Positions 21,221 to 31,315 of a stretch of DNA of 64,000 bases are shown here, piece after piece. This DNA is from Opitutales bacterium (GTDB lineage: Bacteria > Verrucomicrobiota > Verrucomicrobiia > Opitutales > UBA2987), in NCBI GenBank assembly GCA_965226885.1, contig CBDDEL010000015.1, positions 128,001 to 192,000 of the forward strand, given 5' to 3'. Made by a program: the position numbers and the translations under genes. The notes beneath the pieces are model-generated. The model was not told where the DNA came from, did no database searches, and saw only the letters and a program-made list of their open reading frames with translations. Within the stretch, counting starts at the first letter, position 1; the number at the start of each line of letters is the position of its first letter.

Positions 21221-21525
21221 TGTTCGTCCTTGGCAAAGTAGCCCACCGTTTTTTTTAGTATCTGGTTGATCCGCTCCGAGCGGCGCAGCTCTTTGCGAAG
21301 ACGATCTATCTCGGCCGCCATCTCCTTCGGACTGCTCTGTCGCTTTGAGGTGGCTTCGCCCTGCTGATCGTCCAGATAGAGCCTCTTCCACCTATACAAT
21401 TGGTTGGTGTTGACCCCAAGTTTGGTCGATACCTCGGTGGCGCTCAGACCATCGAGTATCATCAGTTGAACTGCCTCATTTTTGAACTCTATACTGCGTC
21501 TTCTTCCCATGCTTCGATTCTCCAT
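21217..21525 (-). CDS. IS3 OrfA (helix-turn-helix)
   Basis: EFKNEAV...LGVNTNQLYRWK...ILKKTVGYFAK. Confidence 0.9.
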   Translation of the reverse strand: MENRSMGRRRSIEFKNEAVQLMILDGLSATEVSTKLGVNTNQLYRWKRLYLDDQQGEATSKRQSSPKEMAAEIDRLRKELRRSERINQILKKTVGYFAKDEQ

Positions 21526-22072
21526 TTAGGAGAATCTCGTGTCCACTTTTTCCAGTGCACATCAAACCTGAAAGAATTAAACCTCGGTTTCAACGGGCTC
21601 AGGGATATTAGCGCCCTGAGCGGACTCACCAACCTTACAAGGTTAAGCCTCAACCAATTGCTAGACCCGGTCAGCCTCCTCTTTTCAGTCAACCGCAACC
21701 AGATTAGCGATATCAGCGTTTTAAATGGGCTCACTAACCTGACGAGATTAGACCTCAACTACAACCAGATCAGCGATCTCAGTCCCTTGAGCGAACTCAC
21801 TAACCTGACAGAGTTGTACCTCGGATTCAACCCGATCCGTGATATCAACGCTCTGAGCGAGCTCACCAGCCTAACAACTTTATACCTCTTCGAAAGCCAG
21901 ATCCGTGATATCAGCGCCCTGAGCGAGCTCACCGGCCTGACAACTTTATACCTCTTCGAAAGCCCGATCCGTGATATCAACGCTCTGAGCGAGCTCACCA
22001 GCCTGACAACTTTACACCTCTTCGAAAGCCAGATCCGTGATATCAGCGCCCTGAGTAAGCTCACAAGTCTAG

Positions 22073-23203
22073 CCCGGATATTTCGTAAAAAAAGTATCGT
22101 TGATATGCTTAACTGCTGATATACAGCAGGATAGATCAATAATTAAAGCAATATCAGCGATGACAAAAGGTAAACAATTAAAGCTACAGTTGACAAGGGT
22201 AAAAGGCCGCCGTGTGCGGGTTGATTTCAAGGGCGGAGAGGTTACTTCGGATGCCGGACTGCTTTTGATCCGGGAAGTGGATCGGCAGTTGGGCTTGACC
22301 GAACGAGCGGCCCGACAGTTAGTGGACAAACGGCAGAAGGGCAAAGTACGCCATGAGGTATTGGGGATGCTGCGGCAGCGCGTTTACGGGCTGGTGGCGG
22401 GCTATGAGGATTTGAACGACTTTGATACCCTGCGCCACGATCCATTGTTGCAAACGGTAACGGGGCGCATTGAAACGTTGGCCAGCGCGCCGACTTTGTG
22501 TCGTTTTGAAAACGGGCAGGATCGGCGGGCGGCCTTTGCGGTAAACGAGCTGTTGGTCGAACAGTTCATGGGCTCCTTTGCCGAGGAACCCGAAGAGATC
22601 ATCCTGGACTTTGACGCCACCGACAATCCGGTGCACGGGCTCCAGGAGGGACGTTTTTTCCACGGTTATTATGATCATTACTGTTTTCTGCCGCTATATG
22701 TTTTTTGCGGTGATCAGCTGCTGGTGGCCTACCTGCGGCCGAGCAAGATCGATGCCAGCAAGCATGCCGGGGCCATCCTCAAATTGCTGGTTAAACGGAT
22801 TCGCCAAAGCTGGCCCCGTACGCGGATTATTTGGCGCGCCGACAGTGGATTTTGTCGAGACCGGATACTCTCTTGGTGCGACCGCAACGAAGTTAGTTAC
22901 ATCGTGGGGATGGCTCGCAATGCACGCTTGCAGCAAGACGCCCAGCAGTTGCAAAAGCAGGCCAAAGAATGGTTCGAACTAAGGGGTAAAAAACAACGGT
23001 TATTCCAGGACTTCGTCTATGCTGCCGATTCGTGGCGATGGCTGCGGTTGGTCATCCATAAAGCCGAACACACCGCACAGGGGTCCAACCCGCGCTTCGT
23101 GGTGACGAACCTGCCGGGCGATCCCCAGGAGCTTTACGACAAGGTATACTGTGGCCGCGGTGAAATGGAGAACCGAATCAAGGAACAGATGCAATTGTTC
23201 AGC
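22073..23203 (+). mobile_element. 3'-truncated second copy of the IS1380 element
   Basis: Near-identical to the copy at 18477 up to ...caattgttcagc, then fused directly to LRR-coding DNA; right inverted repeat absent. Confidence 0.9.
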
Positions 23204-23889
23204 TCGATAACAACCAGCTCAGCGATATCGGTGCTTTGGAGAGTTTGACCAATTTTCGGGATGACTCGTTGTTATCCGGTCCTGGTCTGCGACTGCAGAA
23301 TAATTTCATCAATGTGGCTCCCGGCTCGCCGCAGCGGCAAATCATCGACAACCTCAATACCATTGACGGGCTCACGGTGGAGTTTGAACCGCAAAAAGTT
23401 GATGTTTTCCTGGGTCAGCCCATCGACGGTTTGCCCGGCTGGTTGGCTTCCTCGTGGTATCTCGACTACAACATCGATTATTGGCCCTGGATATTCCACG
23501 ACGAGCATGGCTGGCAATATGTTGCGTCGTCCAGCACCAGCGATGTGATTTTCCTCTGGGACCTCGGTTTGGAGCAATGGGTGTTTCTGAATGAGGACTC
23601 CTATCGCTGGCTATACCTCTACGGGCCGAACGAGGGATGGATTTATGCGCTCGGGGACAATGCTTCGGGCCGCCGTTTCTTCCAAAGACTCGACAACGGC
23701 AGCCTCTTCAGCGTCCCCCCGGATTTGCTCGTGAATTGATTGAGTCTGGTTTGGCCCAATCAGAACGCAATCCCTCCTCGTTTTGCGGGATTACTGGTGC
23801 AGTACGTTTGAAATCATGGGAAAAATAGGACACTTTAAGAAACACCATTGCAAATAGCTTTTGCTAATCACTGCGTTTATCTCTAACGT

Positions 23890-25426
23890 TTGATGGTTAT
23901 CATGCCGACAAAACACCCTTACCTCTCAATATTCAGCTATCGAATTGCCTTCATTATCAATATCTTACTGATATTGAACACAGCCACCCATGCCCAAACG
24001 GTCGAAATACCCGATAGCAATCTGGAGGCGGCCATCCGCGGTGCACTGGGGATACCCACGGCTGAATTGACCTCCTCAGACCTGGCCAACTTGACCTATC
24101 TGTCGGCCATTTTTTCAAATATTTCCGACATCACTGGCCTGGAGGCAGCCGTGAACCTGACTAAGCTTTCTCTCTCCGGCAACCAAATCAGTAATACCAG
24201 TGCCCTGAGCGGGCTATCTAGCTTGGAGCAGTTATCCCTCAATTACAACCAGATCAGCAATATCAGCGGACTGAACGGGCTAACTGAACTGTGGCGATTA
24301 TACCTCGCCGGCAACCAGATCAACGATATCAGCGCACTGAACGGGCTCACTAGCTTGACGGAGCTACTGCTCAACGGCAACCAGATCAGCGATATCAGTG
24401 CCCTGAGCGGGCTCACCAGCCTGGCACATTTAGAACTCCACAAAAATGAGATCAGATGAGATCAGCGATGTCGGCGCCCTGAGCGGGCTTTCCAGCCTAG
24501 GGGAGTTATACCTCGACAACAACCAAATCAGCGATATCAGTGCCCTAAGCGGGCTATCCCGCCTGTTTTTGTTATACCTCGGTATAAACCAGATCAGCGA
24601 TGTCAGCGCCCTGAACGGGCTCGCCAACCTGACAAATCTACGCCTCAACACCAACCAGATCAGCGATGTCAGCGCCTTGAGCGGGCTCACCGGACTGTTA
24701 TGGCTACACCTCGACAACAACCAGATCAGCGATATAAACGCCTTGAGCGAGCTCACCGGACTGTTTTGGCTAAACCTTGAAAACAACCAAATCAACGATG
24801 TCAGCGCCTTGAACGGGCTCGCCAACCTGACAAGTCTACGCCTCAACACCAACCAGATCAGCGATGTCAGCGCCTTGAGCGGGCTCACCGAACTGTCATT
24901 TCTAGACCTCGAATACAACCAGATCAGCGATATTAGCGCCCTGATCGGGCTCACCGAACTGTCACAGCTTGATGTAAGCCACAATCTTCTCTTTCTCGGC
25001 GAAAACTCTCAAGCGCTTGCAGATATTGATAACATTCGGAATACAGGACGCCGGTCGACTTTCGTTACTTTTGAGCCGCAAAATCTGGACATTTTCCAGG
25101 GGCAGCCTATCAATGGTGTCCCCGGCTGGTTGGCCTCCTCGTGGTACCTCGACTACAACATCGAATTTTGGCCCTGGATTTATCACGACGAACATGGCTG
25201 GCAGTTTGTCGACCCAAGGAGCACCGAGGAAGTTATTTTCCTCTGGGACCTCGGCCTGGGGCAATGGATTTTCCTCAATGAAGACTCTTACCGCTGGATA
25301 TTCATTTTCGGGGGCGAAAACGCTGGCTGGGTCTTCACCTTCAGCGACAACAAGCCGGGGCGCCGCTTCTTCCAAAGACTCGACGGCAGCCTCTTCAGCG
25401 TCCCCCCGGATTTGCCCGTGAATTGA
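23890..25426 (+). pseudogene. Internalin-like LRR surface protein 2 with Trp-rich C-terminal domain, frameshifted
   Basis: A 10-bp duplication ATGAGATCAG x2 (24446-24465) splits one gene into the 189-aa and 326-aa ORFs; C-terminal domain at 25088-25426. Confidence 0.9.
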
Positions 25427-25535
25427 TTGAGTCTGGGTGGGCTCGCGGTCCTCGTTTGACAGACGGGGAAATTTTTGGTAAATTTTTTCTTTCGTTCAAT
25501 TTTCAGAGAAAACAAGCCGGAGATACAGAAATAAT

Positions 25536-26159
25536 ATGACCTACCACTCTTTGCCCACCTACCCGCTGCCTAAAAAATTATCGATCCTGCCGCCGGATAT
25601 GTTGCAACTAAAAAAGGTTTCAATGGAATCGCCGGCCCTTGATGTAATGGCCGATTTTAAAAAAGAGCACGCAATTACGATTTCCTCTCACGAGTCCATT
25701 GAGGCGGCCAAGCGCAAGATGGATGAAAAGGGCATCCGGCTCCTCATCGCGGTGGATTTGCATAATCATGTGCACGGGATTATCAAGACTTCGGATATTT
25801 CGGGTGACAAGCCGATTCGTTATATCCAGGAATTCGGAGGCGCCCGAAAGGATATCACGGTAGAAGACATCATGATACCCGAACGGGAACTTGAGGTGCT
25901 GGCCTTTCAAGATGTGATGCACATGAAAGTTGGCGACATCGTGGAAACCTTGAAAAAACTGGAAAACTATCACGCCTTGGTGGCGGAAATCAAAGGTCCC
26001 GAGGAAGACCGGAAGGTGCGGGGCATATTCTCCCTCAACCGCATTGCAAGGCAGTTGGGCGTGGAAATTCAAATCTTCAAGATAGGCCACACCTTCGCCC
26101 AAATCGCCCAGGCCACCGCCCAGATAGTCAATCCCACCCGGCCCCCGTTCGCGTTTTAA
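25536..26159 (+). CDS. CBS-domain protein
   Basis: PALDVMADF, GIRLLIAVD, VEDIMIP and VRGIFS motifs. Confidence 0.8.
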   Translation: MTYHSLPTYPLPKKLSILPPDMLQLKKVSMESPALDVMADFKKEHAITISSHESIEAAKRKMDEKGIRLLIAVDLHNHVHGIIKTSDISGDKPIRYIQEFGGARKDITVEDIMIPERELEVLAFQDVMHMKVGDIVETLKKLENYHALVAEIKGPEEDRKVRGIFSLNRIARQLGVEIQIFKIGHTFAQIAQATAQIVNPTRPPFAF

Positions 26160-27931
26160 GCATCCACCACCTCGGTGATGGGGGGCGGTTTATGGGGGTG
26201 AAAATCGCCCCGTTTGAGCCGCTTCCCGTAATCGGATAACGAGTTGATTGCGAGGTAGCCCAGGGCGAGGACGATGGGCAGATTGGCCCACAGCATAAGC
26301 CCCGTCCCGATATCGATAATGGGAAGGATATGGGTTATGCCGCTGATGCCGGCGGCCCCGTAAATGATGCCGACCAGAAAGAGAATTTTATAGGGAATCA
26401 CCCCGCGATTACCGAACATGTAAACCACCCCCTGTTCGCCATAGTAGCACCAGGAAATCAAGGTGGTAAACCCGAAGAGCCAGGAGGAGATCGTTACCAG
26501 CCACTTGCCCAGCCCGGGGTATGCGCGGTCGAAGGCATGGGCGGTCATACTGGCCCCGCCGTACTCCCGAAAAACGCCTCGCCCCACCAGGGCAAGGTTG
26601 TCCACCTCTCCTTCCCACTCTTCCGGATTGAGGGTAACTTCCGCCCACCTCAGGGATAATTGATCGGTCGCATCCGGGTTACGGCTGTCTGGCTGCATTT
26701 CGACCACTTCACCCATGATCTTGACCAGGTTGCTTTCGTTTTTTCGGAGGATGGCCCCGTCTACCCTGGCCAGGAGAAAGAAATCCGATCCCGCATTCCA
26801 GTTCTCCAATTGCATGGAGGGCAATTGGTCGAAATTTGTCGATGCCTTCACTTCCCAGCCCCAGGCGGGTTCCGTCTGATTCTCAATTCTGCTCAAGGAA
26901 ATTCCGGAACCGAAATCACCGATAGCTTCCCGGTTCCAGGTTCCGGTCGAAAGGATGACCAGAGCCGTTATGGTGCAGATGCAAATGGTATCGATAAAAG
27001 GCCCCAGCCCGCCGACGATTCCCTCCCGTGCCGGTTCATTCGTTTTGGCCGCGGCATGGGCGATCGGGGCCGATCCTTGGCCGGCCTCGTTGGAATACAG
27101 GGCCCGCTTCATCCCCTGCATAAAAGCATAACCTATTCCTCCACCCACGAAGGCCCCGGCCGCTTCCGTCGGCTGGAAAGCGCTCTCCACAATGAGGAGG
27201 AGAAGTCCGGGAATTTCAACGATATGTTTGGCCAGGACGGCAAAAGACAGTAGGATGTAGAGCGCGCACATCAAGGGAACCAGTTTGGCCGCCACATGGC
27301 CGATCCTTTTTATGCCGCCGATAATGACCATCCCGACCAACACCATAAGGACAATGCCGGAGCCGATCCGGGGCACGCCGAAATAACCTTCCGTAATGGT
27401 GGCAATGTTCCAGGTCTGAAACATACTGGAACTGGTTAAGGCGGAATTAACCAAGGTCAGGCTGAAAAAAATACCGCACACCCGGGCCACCGGTTTCCAA
27501 ATACCGCCTTTGCTCCCCAAGGCTTTTTCCACCACCCACATCGCCCCTCCGTGGGGGTTGTCGGGATCGTCCGTATTGCGGTAAAGCATGGCCAGGGTGA
27601 TCTCCACCGTCTTCAGGGCCATTCCAAACAAGGCCACCATCCACATCCAGAACAGCGCCCCCGGCCCGCCCAGCCCGATGGCTAGCGCGACGCCCCCGAT
27701 ATTCCCCAAACCGACCGTGCCGGACAATGCGGCCGAGAGGGCCTGGAAATGATTAATGGCACCGGGATCGTCTGGCCGGTCGTATATTCCACGCACCACG
27801 GCAACGCCATGAGTCATAGCCATATACTGCGTAAACCGGCTCCAGACTGTGAATAATATTCCCGAAAGAAACAGCAGCCAGGGAGTCCACGGCCCCCACA
27901 GCAAATCAGCGATCAAATGTAGAATGTCCAT
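26156..27931 (-). CDS. Alanine/glycine:cation symporter (AGCS family)
   Basis: TVGLGNIGGVA, GGPGALFWMW, SNEAGQGSAPIAHA and SWCYYGE motifs. Confidence 0.92.
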   Translation of the reverse strand: MDILHLIADLLWGPWTPWLLFLSGILFTVWSRFTQYMAMTHGVAVVRGIYDRPDDPGAINHFQALSAALSGTVGLGNIGGVALAIGLGGPGALFWMWMVALFGMALKTVEITLAMLYRNTDDPDNPHGGAMWVVEKALGSKGGIWKPVARVCGIFFSLTLVNSALTSSSMFQTWNIATITEGYFGVPRIGSGIVLMVLVGMVIIGGIKRIGHVAAKLVPLMCALYILLSFAVLAKHIVEIPGLLLLIVESAFQPTEAAGAFVGGGIGYAFMQGMKRALYSNEAGQGSAPIAHAAAKTNEPAREGIVGGLGPFIDTICICTITALVILSTGTWNREAIGDFGSGISLSRIENQTEPAWGWEVKASTNFDQLPSMQLENWNAGSDFFLLARVDGAILRKNESNLVKIMGEVVEMQPDSRNPDATDQLSLRWAEVTLNPEEWEGEVDNLALVGRGVFREYGGASMTAHAFDRAYPGLGKWLVTISSWLFGFTTLISWCYYGEQGVVYMFGNRGVIPYKILFLVGIIYGAAGISGITHILPIIDIGTGLMLWANLPIVLALGYLAINSLSDYGKRLKRGDFHPHKPPPITEVVDA

Positions 27932-27966
27932 CTATTAATTAGTCAGATACTTGCCACGGGGTAATA

Positions 27967-28572
27967 TTAAATCAACCGGCCGATTCGATGGCCGGATGAT
28001 AGTAGAGTGATACTTGATAGGACCTCAGGAGCTGGCCAGGAGCTGGCCGTTGCCTTGCGATAACGTTGCAGGTATTCGTCCAAATCGACGTCCACGACAT
28101 TGTTGAAAATATTGTTCACCACCATCATGGCGCCGAAAACGGTCAGATCGACAATTTGCCGGTCGGAGTAATGTTCCTTCAGCTGAGCAAACATTTCATC
28201 GGAAACGTTGACCGAGTCGGTGGCGATTTTTCGGCCGAACCGGACGATGAGGTCTTCCTGCGGGGTGAGAACAAGATTATCGGGGTCTTCCCCGTTTTCG
28301 ACCAGTACGCGCCGATAGTAAGTCGAGCAGACCAGGCAATCGGTCTGGGTGGAAACGGCCAGCATGAAAAGCCCAGTCATTCTCTCGCCCAGAAACGGTT
28401 TTACCGCATCCAGCATGGAGTACCATTCCATAACCGCTTTCAAGGCGGCGGGGGAATGAACGAGGGTTTTTTTCATGTTGGTCATAATGCCATGTTCCTG
28501 GACGATTTCGTCCCACATAGCCTGCCCCCCGGGGTCCGTATCTTCACGTTCAAGCATCCTGATTCTCGACAT
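27967..28572 (-). CDS. Carboxymuconolactone decarboxylase/AhpD-like protein (C-terminus extended by a duplication)
   Basis: CLVC motif and YSDRQIVDLT. An 11-bp duplication (28026-28047) removed the likely original stop (KATASS*). Confidence 0.75.
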   Translation of the reverse strand: MSRIRMLEREDTDPGGQAMWDEIVQEHGIMTNMKKTLVHSPAALKAVMEWYSMLDAVKPFLGERMTGLFMLAVSTQTDCLVCSTYYRRVLVENGEDPDNLVLTPQEDLIVRFGRKIATDSVNVSDEMFAQLKEHYSDRQIVDLTVFGAMMVVNNIFNNVVDVDLDEYLQRYRKATASSWPAPEVLSSITLLSSGHRIGRLI

Positions 28573-28779
28573 TCCGTTCCACCTTTCTCTTTTTGTTCAA
28601 TTATTCTATGAAACGCATCGGCATCGTATAGAGGCTTTGACCCAGTTTGTCAAGACTTTGGAATGATTTACTCCTGAACAATGCAATTGATGGTAATTTT
28701 CCCTCGTTGACTACGACTAAATGGAAGTGCATTTTTTCTCATCATGCATTGATGATTCGAATTAAATTTTCCTAGCGCC

Positions 28780-29832
28780 ATGACTCATTTTGTTATCCGG
28801 CCAGTTCGGCAATCCGACCTGGATAGTTTGTTGGAATTTGTCAATTCCGCGCCCGGCAGTTTGGCCACGGTTCCTCAAGACAAGGTTCGGTTGGAAGATA
28901 AAATCGATGCTTCCCTGCGGAGCTTTTTCCCCCGCATAAAAAACCCCGGCTCGGAGCATTACCTCTTTGTCCTGGAGGATAGCAATACCGGGCGGATTGT
29001 CGGAATTTCCGGACTTATCGGCAGGGTCGGCGGGTTCGACCCTTTTTACACCTATGAAATCCGCACCGAGAGGATTGCCCACAAGCCCATGGGGATCGAT
29101 AAAACCGCTCAGGTTTTGTATTTGAAAACCGACCACAAGGGCCCCTCCGAAATCGGCAGTCTCTTGCTCGATCCGGCTTGCCGGGGCGGCGGTCTCGGCA
29201 GACTCCTTTCCCTCTGCCGTTTTCTTTTTATGAATCGATTCCGGGAACGATTCGACCGGCAGGTAGTGGCCGAATTGAGGGGCTATATCGATGAGAAGGG
29301 GCGATCCCCCTTTTGGGAAGCCGTGGGACGCCCATTTTTCGAGGTCGATTTTTATGAGGCCGACATGCAATGCGCCATGAGCGACAAGGATTACATTCGC
29401 GACCTCATGCCCGCACATCCCATTTACATACCGTTATTGCCGCCCGCCGCGAGGGATGTTATCGGGAAAGTCCACAAACGCTCCGAACCGGCCATGGGCC
29501 TTCTTTTGCAGGAGGGTTTTACCGGCACCGACGAAATCGATATTTTCGACGCCGGCCCCCTCATGCGGGCCGAGTTGGATAATATTCGAACCATCCGCCA
29601 GTGCAAAACCGCCACCGTCAAGCGATTGGTGGAAGATCCAGAGGAAAAACAGGGCTGGATTTTAAGCAATCGCTCCCTCGATTTTCGGGCATGTTACGGC
29701 TGGATTGAGGAAGATGCTGACGGAGTTGTTGCCTTGCCGCAATCGCTGGCCGTTCTTCTGCGGGTAACTCCGGGCGATTCCGTCGATTATATCCGCGCCA
29801 GAGACGTTTCAGGGGAAAGGACTTCCCCATGA
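28780..29832 (+). CDS. astA: Arginine N-succinyltransferase
   Basis: YLFVLED, SEIGSLLL, AELRG, SPFWEAVGRPFF and IDIFDAGP motifs. Confidence 0.93.
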   Translation: MTHFVIRPVRQSDLDSLLEFVNSAPGSLATVPQDKVRLEDKIDASLRSFFPRIKNPGSEHYLFVLEDSNTGRIVGISGLIGRVGGFDPFYTYEIRTERIAHKPMGIDKTAQVLYLKTDHKGPSEIGSLLLDPACRGGGLGRLLSLCRFLFMNRFRERFDRQVVAELRGYIDEKGRSPFWEAVGRPFFEVDFYEADMQCAMSDKDYIRDLMPAHPIYIPLLPPAARDVIGKVHKRSEPAMGLLLQEGFTGTDEIDIFDAGPLMRAELDNIRTIRQCKTATVKRLVEDPEEKQGWILSNRSLDFRACYGWIEEDADGVVALPQSLAVLLRVTPGDSVDYIRARDVSGERTSP

Positions 29833-31301
29833 CCATGACGGAAATTACCAACCTGGCCCCGCATTTTGTAAATAACGATTTCAGGGACGAGACGGGACGG
29901 CTTTTTCAATCGATCAATCCAGCGACCGGTTCGCCCATCTGGGAAGGACCGGAAGCCGGCCCAGGCGAAGTGGATGCAGCCCTCCAGGCAGCCAGAATGG
30001 CTTTTCCCGGCTGGTCGCAGACTTCCCTCGAAGAGCGTGAAGGTTTTTTAAAGACCTATGCCCAGGTATTGCAAAAGCGCCAGCAAGACCTCATCGAGGC
30101 GATTTGTGTCGAAGTTGGCAAATCGCCCTGGGAAGCGGCCACGGAAGTGAACGCCATGATCGGAAAAATCGATCTCTCGATTGCGGCCTATGGCGACCGC
30201 TGTGCGGAATTTGGGGGCGGCCCGGCGGTTACACGCTTCAAGCCGCACGGCGTGGTGGCGGTTTTCGGGCCTTTTAATTTTCCCGGCCACCTTCCCAACG
30301 GCCACCTCGCGCCCGCCCTCCTGGCCGGCAATACCGTCGTCTTCAAACCGAGCGAGCAGACCCCCACGGTGGCTCAATGCATGGCCGGTTGTTTCCTCGA
30401 GGCGGGATTCCCCGACGGGGTCTTCAACATGATCCAGGGAGCCGCCACAACGGGCGCCCTCCTGGCGGCCCATGCTGAGATTGACGCGTTGTCTTTTACC
30501 GGAAGTTCCCAAACGGGTCTTGCCCTCAGAAAATCGCTGGCCTCCCAACCGGAAAAAATCCTCGCCCTCGAAATGGGCGGCAATAATCCTTTGATTGCCC
30601 ACCAAACGGCCGACAAGGAGGCGGCCGCCCTCCTCATCATCCAATCCGCCTATCTCACCGCAGGGCAGCGCTGCACTTGCGCCAGGCGTCTCATCATTCC
30701 CCAAGGCAGAGAGGGAGATGAATTGATCGAAGTCCTCATCTCCATGATGGGAAAAATTGAGGTGGGCGGCCCAGATGCCATCCCGGAACCTTTCATGGGG
30801 CCGGTCATCAGCCCGGCGGCGGCCCGCAACGTGCTTCAAGCGCAAGAGAAAATGATCTCCAGAGGTGGTCGTGCTCTCGTTTCGGTAGAGACACTAAAAC
30901 CTGACACCGGTCTGATCTCTCCCGGTCTGGTGGACGTCACGAAAATGGAAAAGAGAGGGGATAAAGAGTGTTTCGGGCCGCTGCTCCAATTGATCAGGGT
31001 AAAAGATTTCCAGGAAGCCGTGGCCGAAGCCAACCGCACCCGATACGGGCTTGCCGCCGGACTGCTGAGCGATAATGAAAACCTCTACAAGTATTTCAGC
31101 CATAATGTGCGGGCCGGGATCATCAACTGGAACCGGCCGTTGACCGGGGCAAGCGGATCCGCCCCATTCGGCGGAGTTGGTCACAGCGGAAACCACCGGC
31201 CGGCTGGGTATTTCGCGGCCGACTTTTGCTCTTATCCGGTTACCTCCATGGAATCGCCGAGGCTGGAAAAACCCGCCACCCTCCCCCCCGGAATGAGTTA
31301 A
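29829..31301 (+). CDS. astD: Succinylglutamate-semialdehyde dehydrogenase
   Basis: PHGVVAVFGPFNFPGHLPNGH, LALEMGGNNP, AGQRCTCARR and SGNHRP motifs. Confidence 0.94.
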   Translation: MTMTEITNLAPHFVNNDFRDETGRLFQSINPATGSPIWEGPEAGPGEVDAALQAARMAFPGWSQTSLEEREGFLKTYAQVLQKRQQDLIEAICVEVGKSPWEAATEVNAMIGKIDLSIAAYGDRCAEFGGGPAVTRFKPHGVVAVFGPFNFPGHLPNGHLAPALLAGNTVVFKPSEQTPTVAQCMAGCFLEAGFPDGVFNMIQGAATTGALLAAHAEIDALSFTGSSQTGLALRKSLASQPEKILALEMGGNNPLIAHQTADKEAAALLIIQSAYLTAGQRCTCARRLIIPQGREGDELIEVLISMMGKIEVGGPDAIPEPFMGPVISPAAARNVLQAQEKMISRGGRALVSVETLKPDTGLISPGLVDVTKMEKRGDKECFGPLLQLIRVKDFQEAVAEANRTRYGLAAGLLSDNENLYKYFSHNVRAGIINWNRPLTGASGSAPFGGVGHSGNHRPAGYFAADFCSYPVTSMESPRLEKPATLPPGMS

Positions 31302-31315
31302 AGGCAATATTACTT

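Larger units (their letters stand above)
20245..21559 (-). mobile_element. IS3-family element
   Basis: TG..CA termini (TGTACTGGATTTGTTGGACACG / TGCACTGGAAAAAGTGGACACG); orfA and orfB; A-run slippery site near 21248-21256; no target duplication visible. Confidence 0.92.
18011..23739 (+). pseudogene. Internalin-like LRR surface protein 1 with Trp-rich C-terminal domain, interrupted by IS1380, IS3 and a truncated IS1380
   Basis: Signal peptide and cap (VEIPDSNLKAAIR). 22-aa LRR segments at 18011-18476, 20048-20244, 21560-22072 and from 23203; C-terminal domain at 23401-23739. Confidence 0.9.

Noticed and set aside
18250..24990. Regular ~66-bp repeats that resemble a CRISPR array
   Set aside because: They are in-frame, degenerate 22-codon LRR units; there are no unique spacers and no cas genes.
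17518..25426. Diversity-generating retroelement as the cause of the repeated C-terminal segments
   Set aside because: No reverse transcriptase is in the window, all copies are coding, and the differences are not confined to adenines.
28600..28779. ArgR boxes upstream of astA
   Set aside because: TGCAT half-sites are present but spacing and symmetry are too poor to support a call.
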